NCBI GenBank assembly: GCA_965287045.1
Contig: OZ336881.1
Coordinates: 22,258,001 to 22,322,000 of the forward strand
Source of the DNA: Carcharhinus amblyrhynchos
Lineage: Eukaryota
Direction of reading: 5' to 3'
Length of the DNA: 64,000 nt
In this document: positions 1 through 12,967 of the stretch, in pieces
How positions within the stretch are numbered: position 1 is the stretch's first letter
Layout: each line of letters opens with the position of its first letter
The notes under the pieces: model-generated
Databases searched by the model: none
What the model saw: the letters and a program-made list of their open reading frames with translations, nothing else
What the model was told of the DNA's origin: nothing
Position numbers and translations under genes: made by a program

Positions 1-39
1 CTGTGAAGTAGCAGTGCTAACCACTGTGCTACGGTGCCG
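1..39 (-). mobile_element. 5' (tRNA-derived) end of an HE1/V-SINE-type SINE, cut by the window edge
   Basis: CTGTGAAGTAGCAGTGCTAACCACTGTGCTAC matches the SINE head of the full copies at 21466-21788 and 5766-6096. Confidence 0.7.
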
Positions 40-520
40 CCTTTATCTAAGGAAGGATGTTCTTGCTATAGAGGGAGTACAATTAAAGTTTACCAAGCTG
101 ATTCCTAGGATGGCAGGTCTGTCATATGAGGAGAAACTAAGTCAGTTAGGATTATACTCACTGGAGTTCAGAAGAGTGAGAGGGGGTCTCATAAAAACTT
201 ACAAAATGCTAACAGGGTTAGACAGGGTCGATTCAAAAAGAATGTTACCAATGGTGGGGAATGCTAACAGGGCTAGACAGGGTAGGTTCAGAAAGAATGT
301 TACCAGTGGTGGGGGAGTCCAGAATTAGAGGTCATAATTTGAAGATAAGGGGTAAACCTTTCAGAAATGAGTTGAGGAGAAATTTTTTCACCCAGAGGTT
401 GTTGAATGTGTGGAATTCACTACCACAGAATGTAGTTGAGGCCAAAATATTGTCTGATTTCAAGGAGAAATTAGATATAGCTCTACGGGCTAAAGGGATC
501 AAGGGATATGGGAGTAAAGT
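40..520 (+). mobile_element. CR1 LINE 3' fragment (ORF2 C-terminus)
   Basis: ORFs 14..328 and 261..602 give LRKDVLAIEGVQ..FTKLIPRMAGLSYEE..LGLYSLEFRRVRG and RGHNLKIRGKPFRNELRRNFFTQR..WNSLP, the typical CR1 ORF2 end. Confidence 0.9.
205..314 (+). repeat. 55-bp tandem duplication inside the CR1 fragment
   Basis: AATGCTAACAGGG.TAGACAGGGT...TTCA.AAAGAATGTTACCA.TGGTGGGG starts at 205 and again at 260. Confidence 0.9.
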
Positions 521-561
521 GGGGGGGGGGGGGGGGGGGGGGGGTGGGTGGTGGTGGTGGT
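521..561. repeat. poly-G run followed by (GGT)n
   Basis: Direct reading. Confidence 0.95.
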
Positions 562-3053
562 GCATAATCAGGGATCTCACCAGCTCTCCAACCAATAACT
601 GAAACCATTATTGTCGCCAGTAAATACCACAAAGGGGTGCTGGAGCTTTCTGTCCTTAATTCCACAGTATTTTTGCATTACAGGCCATTCATGTTACTTT
701 CAAAATCACTATTGATCAAATTTTCTGGCTTCTAATCTTACTAATTCAGAAAATTAAAATGGAAATTTTCCAATTCCTCAGAGGAGATTTGAAACGTTTC
801 CACAAAGATCAGGCCCTGCCATTTTGATTTGAATAGCTGGCTACGATAAACCACATAAGGGAAATGGTACATTAAGTTTAAAAATAATTACATTTATTTT
901 CTTCAGCAGAGCTTGCTGAAATTGCAATTTATTAAATAAAGGTTCTCACTGTCATACACAACTGTATATGTATACACGAGTGTTCTTAACATTAACTAGT
1001 CACATTTGTGCTACATTTTATGCATGGTATTGACAAGACTCCTTGGAAAACCCAAATACATTATTTATTACGCACCTTTAGGGTACAAAATTTTTCAATG
1101 CAACAGAGGTTCTAGCGTAGCATTACAGAACTTGTAAAGAACAAAATATTATTCCCGAAATAAACATGTAAATTGTATTCTTGTGGTGCCTCAAGCATGT
1201 ATTAGATGATTACTGTATGTACCAAATTCCAAAAATTGAGCTATATATTTCAATTGCCTCAACGGAATCTACTTCCCTCAGCTGGTAGAACATTTCAGTC
1301 CACAGTCCACTAGATAGAAAGCTATGCAAAGCTTCAACCACCCTTCCAATCATGCCTCTAAGGGCAATGAACGATGACCAATGTCCCACAATTGTGATCA
1401 AAGGTAAACAGCAATAGAAAATTAATTTTCTGGAAGGAAATACATAAAAGCATCTGCCATTTTACTTGATGTAGAATGCTGCCTGTCCTAGGGAGTCAAA
1501 GGGAAAGTTCTGCAATGTGTCAGTCTACACCATATAAAATTGTATGTACTGGTCCAGTGCAACAACTGCATTAACATTCTTTCAGCTGGCAACCATCCAA
1601 AGAGGTCAGAGATTGCACTTAGTCACACTCTGGTTCACAATCTTAAGACTTGTGTTAGGTGGATCTTAGCCATTCAATTTTATAACCGCTTTTCAAAAAG
1701 ATATCACTACAAATCTGTGTCTCAGCATCATCCAGGAATCAAATCTCAAATTGTCACTTCAAAAAATCCAATTTTTTAAAGTTCCAAACCAAGTTCCTTC
1801 AATACAAGATAGTTACATTTTAAAATAGATCTGTAGGAAACATTCCTCTCCAAAATGTCTGAACTACTTAAGAATTTACAATGAAGCATAGCTTTGTTTT
1901 TCAGACCAAAATAAACCACGCAGCAACATCGCTGCTTCTACAACAAGGATACTTGCTCTGAAGGTAGTCATCAATATGAAGCTAAATTACCTCATATCAG
2001 AACAGTGTAACTGAATAAGAACACATTAATCTGATAAATATATTTGAATACTGCAGGCTTTTGGGCCTGCCAGACAACATGACGACAATGTGACGCAGGT
2101 CAGAACAAGATTACGATAGATTCGCTTGCAGAGCTATGCATTAGTCAGTAATATGAGCACAGCAACATTTGGTTCTATGGAAGTTATCAGTTTGGGAATT
2201 GCAAAGCTTTGCGACCCAGCCATTCGTTTATCGCACACCAACTTCACATCTTACAAGGGGTTACATAGTTCAGAATGTCCCACTGTAAACATGTTCCAGC
2301 TCTATCATAAATATTATTAGACCTGGCTAGTGAAATTCTACCATTATGTTACAAGACGATAGAAGTCCAAATCTACATTTTAAAATTTGTGGGAGGACTT
2401 AAAATACAATTTAAATGGAACAGTAGCAGATCAGGTAGTTTGCCAAAAAACTCAGTTCTTGAACTCGTCTGTTGCAATAGTCTGTAATGCCTGCTAATTG
2501 GGAAATGTCAGGGATGTAACTGCTGCATTGAGACCTTCAAGTCAGAGTAATTCATGGAAATCACTTAATTTTACTTAAACTAACTGGATACAGTCCAAAC
2601 CTCAAGTTTGTGTTATAACTTTGGACCTAACTGCATGCATGCACAATGGCTATTGCATGTATTGCAGTTACAAAATGTCTTGCAAGGCATGGAAATGAAA
2701 CTCGAGTTAACTATTAAAATACACTTAGCATTTTCACTGAAGAAAGAGTGCATGGTATTTGCTGGCATATTTGAGGCCTTCCTTGACTAAAGGGCACTAC
2801 TTCTTCATGTAAATTTCATTGTTGTACATGGAATGATTGTGAGAGTTAAATTAGAATATCTTTTGAATACCTACATATTTGGGTTTCAATTTATAGAAAT
2901 TTTCATTTTGTATTACAGGAAGTGAAAGGAATTATTCATGTGTGAAAAGTAAATAAAATTAAAACACAACATACAACAACCCAAGTCACCTGCACTGGTT
3001 ACACAAGAGACAAATTTATTAGGTCATTCCCACAAATTCACTACTGGTTATAT

Positions 3054-3305
3054 TGGAGTCTGCATATTCTCCTCGTGTCTGCGTTGGTTTCCTCCAGGTG
3101 CTCCGGTTTCCTCCCACCAGTCCAAAGATGTGCAGGTTAGGTTGACTGGCCATGCTAAAATTGCCCTTAGTGTCCTAAGATGTGTAGGTTAGAGGGATTA
3201 GTGGGTAAATATGTAGAGGTATGGGGATAGTTCCTGGGTGGGATTGTGATCAGTGCAGACTCAAAGGGCCAAACGGCCTCTCTCTGTATTGTAGGGATTC
3301 TATGA
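3054..3305 (+). mobile_element. HE1/V-SINE-type SINE, 5'-truncated
   Basis: Core GTGTCTGCGT.GGTTTCCTCC.GGTGCTCCGGTTTCCTCCCAC..GTCCAAAGATGTGCAGGTTAGG plus CR1-like tail ..GTAGGGATTCTATGA. Confidence 0.9.
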
Positions 3306-4994
3306 CTTTATATACACTTCTTAGTGCTCAGACAGTTCCACTCGCACTTGTGACTCTTATAGATACAGCCTAGATATAGCCAGCATAGACAAAAAGCATA
3401 GCACATGTGCCTTAATCTGCAATTTTATTGCGTCACAAGTCCTGCATATAGTGTTTCTGAAATTGTAAAACTGCAGAGAGGTCCATCACACAATAGTTGT
3501 AGTTCAAAATCAGAAGACTCCTAAGGAATAAAATGAGTTATTTTTGGGTCTAGAATGCCCAAAACAGTTCAAAGATGTATATGTAACAGAGTTTCATATA
3601 TGTCACAGCACCTCTTAAGGGGTTTTGGTATAATCAATTCTGTTTTTTTTAATTAAACCAATGAGGAGATATTAGGTTTCCTCGTAACAAATCCGAACAA
3701 AAGTGCCCCCATTTTAGAATAACTAAACCATAAAACAAACTTCTATAGCTAAACTCCATCTGAATGCCCACTGGTCTAGCAAGGCCTCAAATATGCCAGC
3801 AAATACCATGCAATCTTTCTCCAGGTCAACTCAGAAACAAGGATAAGACTGCAGAACAGGCAGGCAGCCAGAGGTCATTCTCATGGGCAACATTTACGTT
3901 GAATGTGGGCAGTCACCTTGACCACATCCCTACACAACAGGTGGCCAAACAACAGCAGCGCAAATCTTGAGGCTTAAAAGCAATTGCAGAAGAGGGACTG
4001 TAACTTCTCAAAATTAACAAGAATTTAAAAATCCACCTCATTCAGTATGCAGAAATTACAGGCTGCCTGGGAGTTCATGAAAAAAGTGGAAAGCTTTTTG
4101 ATAGAACTGTGACACTCTCCATTCCAGAGCCTCAAGAGTGCAGGGATCAGTTCAGTAAGGCAATGGAGATTGCTATTATATTTTTAGAAACCAGTCTCAC
4201 AAAGTAAGCAGCTTAACTCAATATCCACGTACATGGAACACCTGCAGCTTAGGTGTTACAACTCCTATTCCTCATACTTAGAAATGGAATCCAGTCAGTT
4301 ATTCACTGCTCAAACAGGCAAACCATTTTAACCCTTTCAACTCTACTCAGCATGAGCTGGATACAGCTTCAGCTATCTTCCAAAAATCTGAGTGTCTGAA
4401 GCCACAATCATGAATTTTGACATAATGTCTCTTTATAAGATAATTAGTACAGAGCACTGATAACAAACACACCCAGGTCCAAGGCTTTGATCTTAACATT
4501 TAACATGTTGGTTGGGCATGGAGAGAAACTGGCCCACAGACATCAACATATCTGAGCTGCTGGGAATAGTTTCCAACAGTTAAATTAAATGGAAAACAAA
4601 GATTTGAATGGCCAACATCTACTTGATAATTGTTGTTAGAAAATAATTGCTAAAAGTTTCCATGTATTGTAACAAATGCAATTTTTCCTTCACCTGCATC
4701 TAAAAACAAAGGCCATATACTTTTAAAACACATTAATTTTATTGATTCGAAAGTTATGAATTTATTACTTTGGTCTACAAATGGCTCCATAAAATGGTAT
4801 CCTTGGTACTGACAGTACCCTGAACTTCAGAGCGGTTCTGCATCAGATACTAGAACAGGCACAAAAATAAAGCCTAAGGTTCTTATCTTTAATATGCGGC
4901 AGAGAAAAAGGTCTGGCACAGGTTGGCGTAAGTGTGCAGTAGACAGTTCCCACGATGTCAGGCTTGGCACAGATCCAAGAGCACTCAAAATACA

Positions 4995-6290
4995 TGTCAA
5001 GCCCCATTGTGCTTTCTATTCTAAAAATATGGAAAAAATTTCAACAACATTTTAAGCTTTCCATTATTTCGCTGTTGGGCCCTATTTGCAATAACCACTT
5101 AATTTTGCCTTCCAAGTTTGAATCGGGGTTTGCCATCTGGAGGGAAAGGGGACAGCTTTATGGATCGGTTTGTAGATGGGATTTTTGCCAGTTTTAAAGA
5201 GCTTGCTGCCAAATTAAATTTGGTCCAATTTAGTCTTTACTGCTATTTTCAGGTCTGTAGTTTTGTCTGTTTTCACTGTTTGTTCTTTCCTCAACTACTT
5301 CCAAACACATTATTGGAAGGGTTTTTACCATCATTTCAAACTCGCAGAGGTTCTATTTTGAAATTATGCAATCCAATGCTGTCCTCTGACCCCTCTCCTC
5401 TCCACAGATAAGAAACAATTGGGAAGCAGCTTGGGCTTTACTTCGCAAACGACTGGTGGGAGGAAGCCCTTCTTAGGGTCAATTTCACATCCTCCTGCGT
5501 TCAGTTAAGCTTAATTCAGTTTAAAGTTTTGCATAGGATTCACTTCACCAAGGCTAGAATTAATAAGTTTTATTTCCAATACAAGCAACAAATGCAATAG
5601 GTATTCACTTTCTCCTGTAGACCATACCCACATGATCTTGTCATGCCCAAGCCTGGCTGGTTTTTGGTCATCCTTCTTTGATACGCCCTCTGAAGCTCTA
5701 AACATTGACTTGCAAACTTGAATTTTGATAGGTATATTCAGGGTCCCATCTGAAGTGGTTAGTTTCATTAAGATCATAGAACCATACAGTGCAGAACGTG
5801 GCCATTCGGCTCATCGAGTCTACACCGATCACAATCCCACCGAGGCCCCATCCCCATAATCCCATGTATCGACATTAGCTAGTCTCCCTGACACTAAGAG
5901 GCAATTTAGCATGGCCTATCAACCTAACCTGCACATTTTTGGACTGCGGGAGGAAACCAGAGCAGCCAGAAGAAACCCACGCGGACACTGGGAGAACATG
6001 CAAACTCCACACAGACAATGACCCTAGCCAGGAATTAAATCTGGGCCCCAAGCACTGTGAGGCAGTAGTGCTCACCACTGTGCCACCATGTCACCCTTGA
6101 CAGGTCAAGGTGGGTGTCACCACATTGGCTCCATTGATAGCCCACAGGCAAATTCTATTGGACTGGAGGTCCAACAGGCTACACACAGCTCTATCTTGGT
6201 TAGAAGATCAAAAAATTCTAATGAGCGAGAAAAGTGTTTCGGACAAATTTGAAAATGCAATCTTATGACACTGTCACCCTTTTGGATAGA
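4995..6290 (+). mobile_element. L1/Tx1-type LINE ORF2 C-terminal fragment, decayed, interrupted by a SINE
   Basis: Translations SPIVLSILKIWKKFQQHF..PICNNHL, QFKVLHRIHFT..KCNRY..DHTHMILSCPSLAGFW (Cys/His zinc-knuckle region) and, after the SINE, LIAHRQILLDWRS..WLED. Confidence 0.75.
5766..6096 (-). mobile_element. HE1/V-SINE-type SINE, full length
   Basis: Minus strand has tRNA-like head GGTGGCACAGTGGTGAGCACT, V-SINE core and ..TATGGTTCTATGAT tail. Confidence 0.9.
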
Positions 6291-6537
6291 AATGTCCCCA
6301 CCACCCTCCTGCATGCCGATCACTCCTTGTACTGGTCTGTTCCCCCAGCACCCCCCTCCACGCTGCAAAACAACCCCTGTGCTAGACTCTTCCCTCCCCA
6401 GTCTGCCAATTATTCCACGAACCTTCGCACTTGCCTTTCCCCCGCAGAACTCTCCTATTTGCCTCCCCACTTGTCATAGCCTCACGCCAACCCAGGCTCC
6501 AATCTCATTCGGGTGCCACTGCCTTGGGACTATCCCT

Positions 6538-6722
6538 GGCAAACTGAGTGTGTGCCTTTATATGCACTGTTTGTGGTCAGAATTCCCCACTCACCTGATG
6601 AAGGAGCAGTGCTCTGAAGGCTAGTCGCATTTGTTACCAAATAAACCTGTTGAACTTCAATCTGGTGTTGTGGGACTTCTTACTGTGTTTACCCGAGTCC
6701 AACGTCAGCATCTCCACATCAC
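6538..6722 (+). mobile_element. Penelope-like element pLTR 3' fragment
   Basis: Matches pLTR copies at 21190-21338 and 54050-54240 (TTTATATGC.CTGTTTGTG..CCCACTCACCTGATGAAGG..AAATAAACCTGTTG..CTCCACATCA). Confidence 0.85.
6592..6626 (+). ncRNA. Minimal type-I hammerhead ribozyme, mutated (GAAA>GAAG)
   Basis: CAC CUGAUGA A GGAGC AGU GCUCU GAAG GCUA GUC. Confidence 0.6.
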
Positions 6723-7047
6723 AGTTATAGTTCCCAGTGGGTAGTGCAGGGTAGCACTGCCCAATGGGCACTCATGGCCATGTCCCAGCCACCCAGGAGC
6801 TTTAAATTCCAATTACCTGGTGTGTCCATCACCTCTGGTCTTTGGTAGTGAGGCCATACTGGGGAGGTGGTAAGGGTCCGTGAGGCCAGAAGTTGCGATG
6901 CGGGACACATTGTCATGCTAATCGTGACATTTCTGGGTGTGTAGTCGATACCATCAGCAGAACAAGACTGGGAACAATGAACGCGGCACCAAACCATGCA
7001 CAAACCTGATTTCTGACCTCGTACGTAATCTTCATTGTATTGCATTG

Positions 7048-8075
7048 CTTTGATTTGATTTGTTGTATGTATTGTTAGACAGTGAAAAGTATTGTTTCTT
7101 GCGTGCTATACAGACAAAGCATACCACTCATAGAATGCGTATACAAGAAGGAAATGGTGTAGAATGTAGTGTTACAGTCATAGCTAGGGTAGGAGAAAGA
7201 TCAACTTAATATAAGGAAGATCCATTCAAATGCCTGATGGCACAGAGGAGAAGCTGTTCTTGTGTTGATTGATACGTGATCTCAGACGTTTGTATCTTTT
7301 TCCCGACAGAAAAAGGTGGAAGAGAGTATGTCCAGGGTGCATGGGGTCCGTGATTATGCTGGCTGCTTTTCCAAGGCAGTGGGATGTGTAGACAGAGCCA
7401 ATGGATGGGAGGCTGGTTTACACGATGGACTGAGCTATGTTCACAATCCTTTGTAGTTTCTTATGGTCTTGGTAAGAACAGGAGCCATACCAAACTGTGA
7501 TATATCCAGAAAGGATGCTTTCTTTGGTGCGTGTGCAAAAATTGGTGAGAGTTGTAACGGACATGCTGAACTTCCTTAGCCTCCTGAAAAAGTAGTGGGT
7601 TTCCTTAACTGAAGTGTCAGTGGGGAGGGACCAGGACAGGCTGTTGGTGATCTGGACACCTGGAAACTTGAAGTTCTCGACCATTTCCACTTCATCCCCA
7701 TTGATGTAGACAGGGGCATGTCCTCCACTATGCTTCCTGAAGTCGATTACTACCTCCTTGGTTTTACTGTCTTTGAGAGAGATTATTCTCACCACACCAT
7801 TTCACTAAATTATTTTTCTTTCCTGTACTCTGTCTCATCATTGTTTGAGATCTGACCCACTACAGTGGTGTCGTCAACAAACATAAAAATGGAGTTGGAG
7901 TGAAATTTGGCTACACAGGCGTAAGTGTATAAGGTTGTATAAGGGGTTGAGGACACAGCCCTGTGGGGCACAGGTGTTGAGGATAATTGTGGAGGAGGTG
8001 TCATTGCCTATCTTAATTGATTGAGATCTGTGGGTTAGGAAGTCTAGGATCCAATCACAGAGGGAGGAGCCAAGT
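7048..8075 (-). mobile_element. Rex1/Babar-type LINE 3' fragment
   Basis: ORFs 7418..7795 (KTKEVVIDFRKH..YINGDEVEMVENFKF.GVQITNSLSW) and 7810..8004 ([20 protein letters not shown]); 3' UTR and TTTGA tail shared with 41503-43522. Confidence 0.9.
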
Positions 8076-8840
8076 GAACGGCTACTTTACTACACAAACA
8101 GATCTTGAAAGATGATTTATTCTTTACTTTATTGTCTTTTTCATTTCTGAGTCCATACTTTAAGTTTATAGCGTGAACTAAGAAGGTTTCCATCCATCCA
8201 AAAGCTGCAGGAGTCAATTATAAAGCTAGTTTGGCTGGAATAAATGTAATTCCCAGACACATTCAAGATACAAAAACAAAAATACTGCAGTTGTTGGAAA
8301 CGTGAAATTGAAACTGCAAAGACTGGAAATACTCAGCGGGTCTAGCAGCTGAGGAGAGAGCCATCTGAGGTAATTCTTCAGATCTGTGTCCTTACATTTT
8401 TGATTGTTCCCAGTTTTGATGAAAGAGCTTTTCAGCAAGTGAGATAGGCAGCAAGGATGGGAAGAACAACAAAAGAAAGAAGGGCTGTGTTAAGGTGGAG
8501 GGCAGAAGAGATTAAAGGCCCAATTCTCCTGTGTTGAAGCTAAGTGCCCAAGCCAGAGGCAAAATGAGAATGTTTCCTGTTGGTGCTGGTAGCATCTTTC
8601 AGGTAGGATTTACCCACCTAAAAGATGCTAATACTGCACACCTGCAGCTTCTGAAAGGGAGAGAGGGAAATTTCTGCTGCAGAATGCAGGTTTCAATGAT
8701 TTAAAAGCCTGTCAAGTGCTGGGGATTGCGGAGGGGTGGAGAGAGGCATGGAGATTAAAGTGACCTGGCCACTTCAGAATTTACACAGCTGACAGGCAGA
8801 ACTGCAGATGTTGATCACAAGGCTGCCTAAAATCACCATA

Positions 8841-9212
8841 AGAAGTCTCACAACACCAAGTTAAAGTCCAACAGGTTTATTTGATAGCGCAAGCCACAAG
8901 TTTTCGGAGCACTGCCCCTTCGTCAGGTGAGTGGGAGTTGTGTTCACAAACAGAGCATATAAAGATACGAACTCAATTTACAAGATAATGGTTGGAATGC
9001 GAGTCTTTACAGGTAATCAACTCTTAAAGTTACAGACAATGTGAGTGGAGAAAGGGTTAAGCACAGGTTAAAGAGATGTGTACTGCCTCCAGCCAGGACA
9101 GTTACTGAGATTCTGTAAGCCTAGGCAAGTCGTGTGGGTTACAGATAGTGTGACATGAACCCAAGATCCTGGTTGAGGCCATCCTCATGTATGCGGAACT
9201 TGGTTATCAGTT
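8841..9212 (-). mobile_element. Penelope-like element 3' end/pLTR with 8-bp TSD
   Basis: Matches 18208-18578; ORF end KFRIHEDGLNQDLGFMSHYL; TCACCATA at 8833-8840 and 9213-9220. Confidence 0.9.
8895..8929 (-). ncRNA. Minimal type-I hammerhead ribozyme, core intact
   Basis: Reverse complement CAC CUGACGA A GGGGC AGU GCUCC GAAA ACUU GUG. Confidence 0.75.
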
Positions 9213-9549
9213 TCACCATACCAGGGGAGATTTTCAGGTCTGCCAAGGCTAGAAGGTCAATCCAGCCAAGACACTCTGATTCTGGGGGACAGTGGTTTGG
9301 TGAATCCCTTGCACTCAGCTTGAGCCTATCCAACCCCAAGAACTCCTTCCTCTATAGGCTGTCAGCAGCAAAGGGGCACTGGATTACTACTTTGGGTTCC
9401 TTGACCCCTGTTGGAGCCCAAAGCACCAGGCCAGGATGCCAAGGGACAGTGCACCACAAGCACTGCCAAGACAAGTTGCCTGAACGGAAGTCAACTGGGG
9501 GGGGCTGAGGTGGAGGGTGGCGAATTCTGAGCAAAGGGACCATGGAAGG

Positions 9550-9551
<2 letters not shown>

Positions 9552-9581
<30 letters not shown>
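9552..9581. repeat. (GT)n microsatellite
   Basis: Direct reading. Confidence 0.95.
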
Positions 9582-9582
<1 letters not shown>

Positions 9583-10400
9583 GGTGAGCTGCGATTGAGG
9601 GGTTGGAGGGGTGCCCCTTTTTTTCCTGAGGGGTTGGGGGAGGCTGGTAAATTGGCTGTCAAACTTTTGTTACATTGTCACCTGCTCTAGGCAAGAACCC
9701 AATTCAGGCCAATGGGTCGGGTGAATTGTGAGAGCCCTCATACCTGTCGGGAATCCCAATTTTTGGTCGATGCCCATCTAAAGAGGTCACAAAATCGGGC
9801 CCTAAATTACAAGACAGTTGGTAGTGCTGTGCCAAAGGGGTTGGTAATCGGGCAAGTAAAAATACAAAAGACTTCACCAAAAATGGCTGGACCTGTAAAG
9901 CTGTCATCCAAACTCAAAGGAAATGAGCGAAAGAGGAAAAAAACAAATAAATCAATAAAAATTGGGAGCAAAGGTTATGATTTCAAATTGTTGAACTCGA
10001 TGTTGAAAACAAAATATCCAGTTAAATGAAGAGATGCTGTCCCTCGAGATGCACTGAAATTCATTGAAGCACTGCAGCAAGCCAAGGACAGAAAGGTCAG
10101 AATGGGAGCAAGATGGAAAGTTAAAATTTCAGGTGATAGTTTTTTCATCTGGAAGAAGTCTTTGAAGTGGTGAGAAGGAAGGAAGTAAAAGGGCAGGTGT
10201 TGCATTTGTATAGTAAGCTGTCGGAAGAAAGGGAAGGGCTTTTGGGATGACAAGCAGTGAACCAGGGTACCGAAAAGGACATAATCTTTTGAGAGTGCTG
10301 AGAAGGGGGTGGAGGGGAGAGATGTATTTGGTGGTGCCATCACACTAAAGGTGGAAGAAAGTATAGTGGATGATGAGTTGATTATGGAGGCTTGTAGGAT

Positions 10401-11217
10401 AAGAACATAAGGAATAGGAGCAGGAGTAGGCCATCTAGCACTTTGAGCCTGCTCCGCCATTCAATAAGATCATGGCTGATCTGAAGTGGATCAGTTCCAC
10501 TTTCCCGCTTTCTCCCCATAACCCTTAATTCCCTTGTCTGTCAAAAACCTATCTACCCGTAACTTAAATATATTTAGCGAGGTAGCCTCCACCACTTCAA
10601 CAGGCAGAGAATTCCAGTGATTCGCCACCCTTTAAGTGAAGACGTTCCTCCTCAACTCCAATCTAAACTGCCCCCTCCTTATCTTGAGGCTGTGTCCTCT
10701 AGTCCTGCTATCCTTTCTAAGCGGGAAAAATCTCTCCACACTATCCTATCCATCCCTTTCATTATCTTATACGTCTCTATAAGATCCCCCCTCATCCTTC
10801 TAAACTCCAACGAGTACAGACCCAGTCTATTTAGTCTCTCTTCATAGTCCAACCCCCTCATCTCCTGTATCAGCCTAGTGGATCTCCTCTGCACTCCCTC
10901 CAAGGCCAAAATATCCTTGCGCAAGTGCGGCAACCAAAAGTGCACACAATACTCCAGCTGCGGTCTCACCAGTACCCTGTACAGTTGCAGCAAGACCTCC
11001 CTGCTTTTATATTCTATCCCCCTCGCTATAAAGGCCAGTATCCCATTCACCTTGATCACCTGCAGACTGGGTTTCTGCGACTCATGCACAAGGACCCCCA
11101 GGTCCCTCTGCACCATAGCATGCTGCAGCTTTTTGCCCTTTAAATAGTAATCCCTCTTACTATTATTTCTGCCAAAGTGGATAACCTCACACTTGCTAAC
11201 ATTATACTCCATCTGCC
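10401..11217 (-). mobile_element. CR1 LINE, relatively young, 5'-truncated
   Basis: ORF 10679..11212 (MEYNVSKCEVIHFG..LGLYSLEFRRMRGDLIETYKI); AAGAACAT 3' tail; AGGAT at 10396-10400 and 11218-11222. Confidence 0.95.
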
Positions 11218-11374
11218 AGGATGGAAGATGAAGACATGAGAAATCTAAGAGGGAGAGAGATGATCAGAGCAGAAGTGCATAAAATAAAAGGGACATGGTC
11301 AAGAGGGGTGGGGGCAATGTGGAAATCCTCAGTTGAGGACAAAGACTTGTCAGACATGCTCGTATGGAAGACCG

Positions 11375-12356
11375 AAATAAATGGGTCCTTTCCAGAGTGG
11401 CAGGCAGTGACTAGCAGGATATCGCAGGGTTCAGTGCTGGGTTACCAGCTATTCACAATCCACATTAATGATTTGGACAAAGAAATTGAATGAAATATCT
11501 CACAAATTTGCAGATGACACTATAAGCTGGGTGGCAGTGTCGGCTGTGAGGAGGATGCTAAGAAGCTGCAGGGTGGCTTGGATAGGCTGGCTAAGTGGGC
11601 AAATACAATATAATGTGGATAAATGGGAGGTTATCCACTTTGGTGACAAAAACAGGAAGGAAAATTATCTGAATGGTGGCAGTTTAGGAAAAAAGGAAGT
11701 GCAATGTGACCTGGGTGTCATGGTAGAACAGTCGCTGAAAGTTGGCATGCAAGTATAGCAGAAGGTGAGGAAAACTAATCGCATGTTGGTCTTAATAGCA
11801 AGAGGATTTGAGTATAGCAGTCAGGATGTCTTGCTGCATTTATACAGAGCCATGGTGAGGCCACACCTTGAGTATTGTGTACAGTTTTGATCTCTTATCT
11901 GAGGAAGGACATTCTTGCTATTGAGGGAGTCAAGTGAAAGTTCACCAGATTGATTCCTGGAATGGCAGGACTGACGTATGGAAAGAGACTGGATCGACTG
12001 GATCAATAGAAACATATAAAGGGACTGGACAGGTTAGATGCAGGAAGAATGTTCCTGATGTTGGGCAAGTCCAGAACAAGGGGTCACAGTTTAAGAATAA
12101 GGGATAAGCCATTCAGTACTGAGATGAGTAAGTACTTCTTCAGACTTGTGAACCTATGGAATTCTCTACCACAGAAAGTTGTTGGTGCCAGTTTGTTAAT
12201 ATGTTCAAGAGGGAGCTGGATGTGGCCCTTATGGCTAAAGGGATGAAGGGGTATGGAGAGTGAACAGGAGCAGGATACTGATCAAACATGGTCATATTGA
12301 ATGGTGGTGCAGGCTCAAAGGGCAGAATGGCCTACTCGTGCACCTATTTTCTATGT
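11375..12356 (+). mobile_element. CR1 LINE 3' part, decayed
   Basis: WQAVTSRISQGSVLG..LFTIHINDLD, KFADDT, RTRGHSLRIR..WNSLP and ..CCTATTTTCTATGT tail. Confidence 0.9.
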
Positions 12357-12967
12357 GTGCACAGATGTGACAGAGCCAGAGAAACTGGGAGAATGGAATC
12401 CTTACAGGAGGCAGGGTGTAAAGAAGTATTGTCAGGGTAGTTGTTCGTTTAAAATGAATATTTGTTAATAGCCTATTCCCAGAAATTCAGACAATAAAGT
12501 CAAGGCAGGGAAGGAAAGAGTCAGGGATGGACCATGAGAAGACAAGTGTCGGATAGAAGCAAAATCAATTAATTTTCCAGATAAGGGCAAGAGCAAAAAA
12601 AAAGACATTGATGCAGTCATCAATTTATCGGAAAAAAAGATGAGGGAGCTCTGAGTCAGACTAAAACAATAAACATCCCACAGAACATGGCAAGAACAAA
12701 AGGTTCAATAAATCCTAATGTTTAGCATATATCTACAATCATAGATGGATCCAATATATGAAGGGTGGAATTTCTGTTAGAATCCACATGGAATGAGTTG
12801 GAGTTGGAAACAATTGCTAAGGAAGGCAATGTGACTAAGTTTTGGGAGATGCCTGATCAAATGCAAGGGAAATAGCAAGTCATGAGGGTGAACAAGAAAA
12901 AGATGACAAATGGGAATCTCATTAAACTGAAGTTCAAGAGAAATGGAAGTGAATCAAATATTATTAC

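Larger units (their letters stand above)
6290..7025. mobile_element. GC-rich non-autonomous DNA-transposon-like (Harbinger-type) remnant hosting a Penelope pLTR
   Basis: GC-rich block resembling the MITE-like segments at 8516-9802 and 30826-31410; termini not resolved. Confidence 0.35.
8516..9802. mobile_element. PIF/Harbinger-type non-autonomous DNA transposon (MITE-like)
   Basis: TIRs AGGCCCAATT.. / ..AATCGGGCCC, with TAA on both sides (8513-8515, 9803-9805), the TWA TSD typical of Harbinger. Confidence 0.7.
8262..12690 (-). mobile_element. Old Penelope-like element (second family), fragmented by later insertions
   Basis: pLTR-like AAAATACTGCAG..TGGAAA..GACTGGAAATACTCAGC at 8270-8350 recurs at 12968-13035. 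Purine-rich pieces at 8420-8515, 9806-10400, 11219-11370 and 12357-12690 join across the insertions, e.g. GAGATTAA|ATTAC. Confidence 0.55.

Noticed and set aside
332-665. His/Pro-rich and Gly-rich ORFs
   Set aside because: Translation of the poly-G/(GGT)n tract at the end of a CR1
4440-4650. Possible ancient SINE remnants (also ~16840-17060)
   Set aside because: Only faint B-box-like traces; the family cannot be supported by eye
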